Source: Octopus vulgaris (Eukaryota). From it: a stretch of DNA of 64,000 nucleotides. The DNA lies in contig OX597822.1 in NCBI GenBank assembly GCA_951406725.2, forward strand, positions 16,864,001 to 16,928,000, given 5' to 3'. Each line of letters opens with the position of its first letter. Positions within the stretch are counted from its first letter, which is position 1. The notes under the pieces were generated by a model, which did not search any database, had not been told where the DNA came from, and was given only the letters and a program-made list of their open reading frames with translations. A program made the translations under genes and the position numbers. Shown in pieces: positions 55,933 to 64,000 of the stretch.

Positions 55933-56884
55933 TAAATTAAGAGGGAAAATAATTCTGCCAACCCGTTTCTACAAAGTCATTAGACCGAATATCTTTTTTT
56001 TTCTCTTTTTTTTTTATATTTTGCTTCTCAACTCTAAAATGACAAAAATCTCATAAACGTGTAATTACGAAGAAATGAATTGTAATTTACAAATTCTAAC
56101 ACTCTTAACATATAATGATGTAAGAAATCACATTCATTTATAAAATACAAAAGCCATTGCGTCAGCACAGCAGACGAAACAAGCCGTAGTTCAACTTCTA
56201 TATACTGATAAAATAAATACTTGTCTAAGAAACAAACGAAAAACAAGCATAATCAAATATCATAAGAATTGATATTTAAGCATAATTATAAAATAACGAA
56301 ATCCTACAGACTTATGTAATTAATGATCTTCAATAATCGATGAGTCTAATTTTTTAATGATAATTGTTGCTAATTAAGTTAATTGGGCTGAATCATTACT
56401 TAAATATGAAGGATAGAACTTTAACGAATTAAAGTAAACAGTTTGAGATTTTGGTAAGCTATTTTAGAGTGTTGCCCTAAACTCCAGCTTGCTTAGCTCA
56501 AACGTAAGTCAAAGCCATTCCATCAATGACCATCCCGATTTTTTAAGACGCCAGCGTGCTATTTGAAGGAGATTTCCCTGTTGTTTGCAGACATAAGACT
56601 TCCCCGTTCGCCCCTGGTGTCAACGTTTTTACTATGAATTCGCTCAGATGATTGTAAATGAAACGATTGTTCATACGGGACTAGAGTGGACAGTTAAAAA
56701 CCGGTATTCTTATTCTCCAAATGTGTGTGTGTGTGCTTATTAAACTTCGAAGTTACTGCCAATTTTTCTTTGTAGACATTTCACATATACACTACCAAAA
56801 ACTATTCAGTAATCCTTCAGTTTGACATTAAATTTAACTTGATATTAATACACACAGGTGTGTGTGTGTGTGTTTCATTTTCAT

Positions 56885-57210
56885 CTTTTTCTTGTTTCAG
56901 TCATCATACTGTGGCCATGCTGGGGCACCGCCTTCAAGAATTTTTAGTTGAATGAATCGACTCTAGGACTTATAAAGCCTAGTACTTATTCTATCGGTTT
57001 ATATATATATTTTTTCTTTGTCTTCCACCACCTGTGTTAGTGTGTTTACGTTCCCGTAAGCTAGCGGTTCGGCAAAAGAGACCGATAGAATAAATGCCAT
57101 GTTTTAGAAAAGATAATAAGTACAGGGGTCGATTCCTTCAACTAAAATATTTTATGGCGGTACTCCAGCATGACAACAGCCTAATGACTGAAACAAGCAA
57201 AGCACAAAGG
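56885..57210. mobile_element. Two oppositely oriented SINE family A 3' parts
   Basis: GTTTCAGTCAT..GGCCATGCTGGGGCACCGCC (-) then GCGGTACTCCAGCATGAC..ATGACTGAAAC (+). Confidence 0.75.
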
Positions 57211-57224
57211 AAATACACACACAT

Positions 57225-57321
<97 letters not shown>

Positions 57322-57379
57322 GGGGTTTAGTTCAACAGTGATCCAAATGAATAGGTACGATGGGTAAGTACTATACGTT

Positions 57380-57570
57380 AGGTTCCAAGATCACAGCTAA
57401 AGCAGGAAGAAACAGTGAAAATTGTAGTGGAAGAGTACAGTAGGGTTCGCCGACCTCCCACAACCAACCCCTTGCCGGAGCCTCGTGGAGCTTTAGGTCT
57501 GGGAATCGAAACTGCGATCCTACGACCGCGAGTCTGCTGCCTTAACCACTGGGCCATTGCGCCTCCACTG
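57380..57570 (-). mobile_element. tRNA-derived SINE with internal deletion
   Basis: Reverse complement GTGGAGGCGCAATGGCCCAGTGGTTAAGGCAGCAGACTCGCGGTCG..GTTTCGATTCCCAGACC. Confidence 0.8.
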
Positions 57571-58182
57571 AGTAACCTGTATGTATGTATGCATGTATGT
57601 GTATATGTATAATATGTTTGTGTGTGTGTGTGCGCGTGTTTGTGCGTGTGTATACATATATATATGCATGTATATATATATATGTGTGTGTGTGTGTGTG
57701 CGTGTATGTGTGTGTGCGTGTTTGTGTGCTTGAGTGTGTCTGTAAATATGTAATGTGCGCACACTAACACACACATACATATATATGAATATATATATTC
57801 TTTATATATATATATATATATGTATGTATTTATATACACACACATACATATATAAATGAGGTTAAAAATTTATAGAAAAACAAAAGACGAAGACAGGTGT
57901 AGGAACAACAAGGAAGTGTATTAGTTTGACGCTCAGGAGAAATGGAAAAGTCTTTTACGTTTCGAGCCTACGCTCTTCGACAGGAAGGAATAAGAGGAAA
58001 TAAATAGAGAGAGAATGGAAAAAAACTTGTAGATTTAGCGGTCAAGTATGGCGAATGTTTATTTCTGCTTCCTAGTTCAAAAATATAAAAGCTCTCAATA
58101 CACACTTTTGCTATGAGTGTGTGGATTCCTCTCTGAGATTTTTGATAGAAGTAGTGATAGCGGTAGTAATGGTAGAGACGTA

Positions 58183-58221
<39 letters not shown>

Positions 58222-58398
58222 GTGTTTCAATACAAGCTGCAACAGGCTGTATCCAAGGTACCACCAGAATTGGATTTAGAGTACCACGGCAACTGGATTT
58301 CGAGTACCGCTAGAGTTATTCTAAGCATGAGATATATCAACATTTAAAACAACCAAAAATTTTCTGTTTCATATGTTTTGTATGAAGAAGAAGAAGAA

Positions 58399-58447
<49 letters not shown>

Positions 58448-58534
58448 AGAAAACTAATATAGGAGTAAACATCAGATGCTCCAGAACATTAAAAGACGAA
58501 GAAGAATGAAACCGACAAACAAATCAACAAAACC

Positions 58535-58589
<55 letters not shown>

Positions 58590-59161
58590 TCACATACACA
58601 TATGTCTTACTTTTATTTATTTATTTTTCAGTTAAAATTTATAGCCCTACCCACAACGTCTTCATTTCTTTTTCTTTCTTTCTTTTCTCCTTGATAAAAT
58701 ATTTCATATTAACGCCCACCCCTATCCGTTTCTCTACCGTTATTTATCTCGGCAAAACATTCGATTATTTCATAAATTCTTATTCATATTTTAAAAGTCA
58801 AACTCGCTGTCATTTCCCCTTCGCTTTCTTTCTTCCTTTCTTTCTTTTTCAGATTTATTTCAAATGTCTCCTCTGCGTTTCGCTCTTTATTTGTTTGCCG
58901 TTGTTGTTGCTGTTGTTGTTGTTTTTCATAAATTCTGCAAACCTGATTTGCCTTTAGTCTTCTTTGCTAGTTTCAAGGATTTGACTACGGTCATGCTGGA
59001 GCACCGCTTTCAATGTCTTCTTCTTTCTCTCTTTCCACTTTCTCTCTTTACCACTTATTTGGTAAATTTCTGGCGTAAAGGGAGATAATTCAATTTAAAT
59101 GCACCGGCTTTATTCACACACACACACATATATGTATGTGTGTATAACCAAGATACTCTTA

Positions 59162-59244
59162 GCCTGAAGATTAGCCCGTGGTATTCACCTCGCTTGGATA
59201 TTTACCATATCCGATGTCCCGCTCGCTATGAAACATATGTAGTC
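59162..59244 (+). ncRNA. Type-I hammerhead motif, extended helix II, weak helix I
   Basis: CTGAAGA-T-TAGC...GCTA-T-GAAAC-ATAT-GTA. Confidence 0.55.
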
Positions 59245-59291
59245 CGGATCTTATCTATTTCATCCCTTCTTAACTCTTGTGTGTGTGTGAT

Positions 59292-59355
<64 letters not shown>

Positions 59356-59509
59356 CGCGCGTGAATCTTCTAAGAGTCCATAAGTCAAGGAAAAGATGCA
59401 GTCGTATATCTGGCAAAAGAGTGGGTATATTATCCAATATGTACAGTTTTATATATATTGTTGTTGTTGGCATCCTTTTTGTCTCGGGGGACAATGGAGT
59501 TGCGCATAT

Positions 59510-59559
<50 letters not shown>

Positions 59560-59602
59560 ATTTTATATATATATGTATGTATGTATGTATGTATCCATCA
59601 CT

Positions 59603-61311
59603 CACGGTACATTTCAGAAGTTTTTTGAGACTTTTTTTCAGGAGAAGCAATCATAACTGTCCTGGATTATTGTTATTTTTAGTATAGCATTACTATACAT
59701 CTAATAAGCTGACTTGCCAACTTCCTTATTGCGGACTGAAAGAAACGGCTATAACAGTACTTTGAATACACTTTTCTAAACACAGCTTGTCACAGCTGAC
59801 CTGTTTATAGAATGCAGCCAGGACGGGAAAATAATTTAGAAGCTCACCTTGCAATTAAGGTGAAAGACAGTTATGAAATACTCCATACTGTTTATGGATT
59901 GACTTGATCCGAAAATCTGTTTTTCATTAGCACAAGGGATTCAAGAACGGTAGAGAGGAAGTAAGAGATGATGAGAGGTGTGAGAGGGAGAGGAACATCC
60001 AAACATCAGTGCTGATTGGGAAAATTCGTTATCTCCTGTGTAAAGGCAAAAAACATAGAGTTGATGTGACAGAATTATTCATGAAGATCTAAACATGCAC
60101 AAAGTTCGTTCAAAGTTTGTGGCCAGGATGCTCAGTGACGAAGAAGGCGGATTAGTGGTGTCAGGGAGATGGTTGAGTACATCACTCGAATTCAAGAGTA
60201 CTCGAGTCTCTGGTGACCTGAAATAAAAGCAGGATCTACTGCTATGATCCAGAAATCAAGAGCCAGAATGCCCATTGGAAGCGTCCTGGCTCCTCCAGAC
60301 CCAAGAAAGTCAAGCAAAGCAAGTTCACCGGCAAGCTCAGGATGATCGTCTTTTTTCAATGGCAAGGGCATCGTCTCCAACCACTGGCTTCCCTCTGACC
60401 AAACAGTCAACAAAGAATACTTTGTGGAGGTTCTGAGGGAGTTCAAGGAGAGATTTCATCGCAAAGGGGCTGAGCCCTTCCATTTCGGTCAGTGGCGCCT
60501 GTAACAAGAAAAGGTTCCAGTCTACAATTCCATCCTGGTAACCAACATACTAGACGGAGATGAGCATCAGAATTGTCTCTCTTCCTCCCTATAGTCCAGA
60601 CTTTGCTCCCTAATTGTTCCCCAAGAAGAAGGAAAACTGCAGGAGCAATTGTTTTGAAAACATTGAGAAGATTTAGGGAACTGTGGCAAGGATCCTGAAA
60701 AGCTTCACTTTAAAGGACTTTTCAAGGGGCCATCAGCAAGTGGTTGGAGCGCTACAACAAGCGCATTGAAGTCAAGGTATCCTACATTGAAGCGAAGGCG
60801 GAGAGCTGGCAGAAACATTAGCACGCCGGGTGAAATGCGTAGCCGTATTTCGCCTGCCACTACGTTCTGAGTTCAAATTACTCCGAGGTCGACTTTGCCT
60901 TTCATCCTTTCGGAGTCGATTAAATAAGTACCAGTTACGCACTGGAGTCGATGTAATCGACTTAATCCGTTTGTCTGTCTTTGTTTGTTCCCTCTGTGCT
61001 TAGCCCCTCGTGGGTAGTAAAGAAATAGGTAATTCGTCTGCCGCTACGTTCTGAGTTCAAATTCCGCCGAGGTCGACTTTGCCTTTCATCCTTTCGGGGT
61101 CGATTAAATAAGTACCAGTTACGCACTGGGGTCGATATAATCGACTTAATCCGTTTTGTCTGTCCTTGTTTGTTCCCTCTGTGTATAGCCCCTTGTGGGT
61201 AGTAAAGAAATAGGTATCCTACATTGAAGTCAGGGAGATTAGAGTCTTGTATTTATTTAAAATTCATGTCTCTCCTGAATATGTTTCAAAACTTGTGGAA
61301 TGCACCTCGTA
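59603..61311 (+). mobile_element. Decayed mariner (DD34D-type) transposon with imperfect TIRs
   Basis: IHEDLNMHKVRSKFVARML, YDPEIKSQNAHWKRPGSSRPKK, PPYSPDFAP, WLERYNKRIEV; right end ...GAATGCACCTCGTA similar to left end CACGGTACATTTC... Confidence 0.85.
60793..61211 (+). mobile_element. Partial-tandem SINE family B insertion with an 18-bp target-site duplication
   Basis: AGGTATCCTACATTGAAG at 60775-60792 and 61212-61229; second unit lacks the first 45 nt or so. Confidence 0.88.
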
Positions 61312-61400
<89 letters not shown>

Positions 61401-62014
61401 CTTGTTGGCTGTGAATCTATTGTATATTGTGTTCCCGTGGTTCTAAATTTCCTTTCATTGAAATTCTTTTCTCGGGCATTAAACTTGTTTCAGAGTTTCT
61501 CTTTGAAGGAAATTTTGATGTAAGTCTCTGTCAATTACTTAATGCAGTTTTGAAGTGTCAAGGTGAGTTAAGAAAAAGATTATCTTTTTAAATGTTATGA
61601 AATCTTTTATCAGGCTGTTACTAACCTTTTTGAGAAGTTTTTCTCTAGCGCTTTCGATTAACTTTTTCAAACACACGTGCTAAATATGTGCGTGTGTGTG
61701 TGTGTGTGTGTACACACAGGGTACAGTTGAAACTGAATATAACGATGCCATTTGGAAAGCATATACAAGTGCTCTGGTTGGTTTACCACTTCGAATTCCG
61801 ACTTGAATTGCGACTAAATAAAAGTGGTCCTGAAGACTGTCAGGCAATGAATGGCTAAAGGGGGTTCATTATGCAGAACCTCTTACTCCCTTCTTTATGT
61901 GACTGCTTTTACTCCAAGAACTCTATTGTAACAACTCTACAATTAGGTTTGAATTATAAATTCTATGCTTTAAAGTAATACCACATGTTTTGTCGGTTCA
62001 ATCTGTCTTTCTAA

Positions 62015-62350
62015 TCTCTCTATATATAAAACTGAGAATGTATGTCTGTCTGTCTGTGTGTTTCCCTAAAACTTGAGAACTACACAATAATTTCATTCAA
62101 ATTTTACACATGCCTTACTTAGGGTCCGGGGAGTGTCATCGGCAAAAAAATTTCTTAACTTTTTGCCTAGGGCGAGCCCACAGCAATATCATATCTTCTC
62201 CACTACGATTCCCTAAAACTTGAGAACTACACAACCAATTTCATTCAAATTTTACACATGCCTTACTAAGGGTCCATGTAGTTTCATGGGCAAAAAAATG
62301 TTCAACCTTGCCTAGAGCGAGCCCACAGCAATATCATATCTTCTCCACTA
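62015..62350 (+). mobile_element. Non-autonomous Helitron-like 5' end with a 147-bp tandem duplication
   Basis: A|TCTCTCTATATATAAAACTGAG followed by (GTCT)n and GAACTAC...TTTCATTCAAATTTTAC; units 62062-62205 and 62209-62350. Confidence 0.6.
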
Positions 62351-62976
62351 TTTCAGTATTACGTGTTAAAAGTGAAACAAAAACATTTCTCTATTTTATG
62401 TCAGATACTTTCACTTTAACAATAAAAATTAGAGATAATAATAACAATTGAATTATATGTAGCAAGTAATAATTAAAATCAAACTAAAGTATAATATAAT
62501 TGTAACATAACAAAAGTAAAAATAGCAATTGGTATAAAATTGCATCAATGACTTGAACTTGAATAAGTGGTTTCACATGAATGGGAATAAATTAAAAATA
62601 AAATTAGCGTGCAGAAATCGAATAGTCCAGATGGAGGTGTGCACATACCGTTTACCACGACTTTTACATTAGGTTATCTGCTAATTGGCTTGCATTGAGT
62701 ATCTATATGAAGTTTGGCTGTATGTAATGTCTGTTTTCTCCTTCTGAGTTGGTACGTGTCAATTTTTTCCCTGTAAATATTGTTATTGTTACTGTGAATT
62801 ATCGTTATTGTTTTTAAAAAGAACTGTTACTTGCTTTCTTTGAAAGCTATTTGTTGAAATTATCCCCTGCAGGGTAATTATTGTTATCTTGTGGCTCTTT
62901 AAGCCAATTTTTTGTGAAAGGCTTTTGAAGCCAATTTTTGTGAAAGGCTTTTTTTAAGCCAACTTGTTGTGAAAAA

Positions 62977-64000
62977 ATGGAAATGCATACATCTTTCTCT
63001 TTCTCACCTGTGTCAGGTGAAGAAAGTAGTTCACCAGCAGTAACACCGAAAAAAACAAAGCGAAAAAACACCAGCAGTCTCACCGAAGAAATTCGCAGAG
63101 GTAGCTGGTAAAAAGGAAAAGAAGCTAAATACTGAAAAGAGTAATTTAGAAAAATATATGCACATGTTGAAAAAAGAAGGAACGGAAATTACTGTGGCTA
63201 CAACAGAAGGAACGACCGACGCAGTAAACAGGAAAAGGATCATCTACAAGACGTACAGCATAGTTTAAAAAATGATTCAAAGAATAGAGGAAAAAAAGTA
63301 GAAAAATGCCTGAAACCAATTTGGCCCGAAATCACCTACATCAACCGTGGAAAAAGGTTCGGTACAGTAGAAGTAAGGTTTAAAACAGAAGAAGCAGCGA
63401 AAAAGTACTCTTCGGAGACACTCAAAACAGAGGAGGTGGTTCTTCTTCCAATATACATGTGAAGAAGAACATCAAAAATAAAAATAAATAACATCCCCTC
63501 TGAAGTGGATGCCACTTGTTTAGTGGCAGCAATAACATTAGGCCTGGATGAAAAAATAAATATTCTCCAGGCCTCGGTAGAAGTGGAAGAGCATTGGAAT
63601 AGGCAATGCTTGACGATGGCAATTCAAGCGGAGGTAGCAACCTTAGAAGAAATTCCAGAAGCCATAAATGTTGGCGGAGGCGAGCGGCTGATAGTATTCG
63701 TGGAAGGCAGAAAACCGAGATGCTTCAACTGCGGGTTGAAGGGACACATCAGAGCCGAGTGCCAACCAAAAGAGAAGGAAAGAAAAGAAGAAACACCAGA
63801 GGAGACAACACCAGTACCAACACCAAAAGAAACACCAGTACCAACACCAAAAGAAACACCAGTACCAACACCAAAAGAAACACCATCACCAGCGACAGAA
63901 GAAAGTGAAGAGAAAGACAGAGAGGAGGGGTGGTCGACTACTTCTAAGAAAAAGAAAAAAAACACAAAATACGTAGATGGCCTTAAAGGCATGAAACAAC
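62977..64000 (+). pseudogene. L1/Tx1-like ORF1 (gag-like, CCHC zinc knuckle), disrupted, runs off the window
   Basis: KKFAEVA, RRM-like INRGKRFGTVEVRFKTEEAAKKY, VFVEGRKPR-CFNCGLKGHIRAEC (63721-63762), 24-bp repeats (ETPVPTPK); in-frame stops and frameshifts upstream. Confidence 0.8.

Noticed and set aside
58251-58310. 23-bp repeat GTACCAC...TGGATTT.GA, about 2.6 copies
   Set aside because: Ordinary short minisatellite; period not a multiple of three

Overview
AT-rich eukaryotic DNA saturated with microsatellites, most consistent with an intronic or intergenic region of an octopus (coleoid cephalopod) genome. That species call is an inference from the repeat content. I found no host protein-coding exon I can support; nearly all ORF-track entries are translations of (TA)n, (CA)n, (ATT)n and (GATA)n repeats. 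The window is a nested transposon landscape: at least four tRNA-derived SINE families in many copies, a 5'-truncated Penelope-like element (RT plus GIY-YIG) with an inverted terminal repeat, three R4/Dong-type fragments stacked in (TAA)n tracts, RTE, CR1-like and Crack/Jockey-like LINE fragments, a decayed mariner, two MITEs, a Helitron-like 5' end and an L1/Tx1-like ORF1 with a CCHC knuckle. The most notable signals are: (1) about a dozen minimal type-I hammerhead ribozyme motifs whose helix-III loops differ in sequence but are almost always palindromic, several inside ORF-less fold-back elements that carry one motif per strand; (2) a 3' tail shared, with stem covariation, between the dominant SINE and a CR1-like LINE; (3) SINE-internal (TA)n tracts acting as landing pads for other retroelements; (4) SINE dimers bounded by single target-site duplications. 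All folding and alignments were done by eye, so coordinates are approximate to a few bases.
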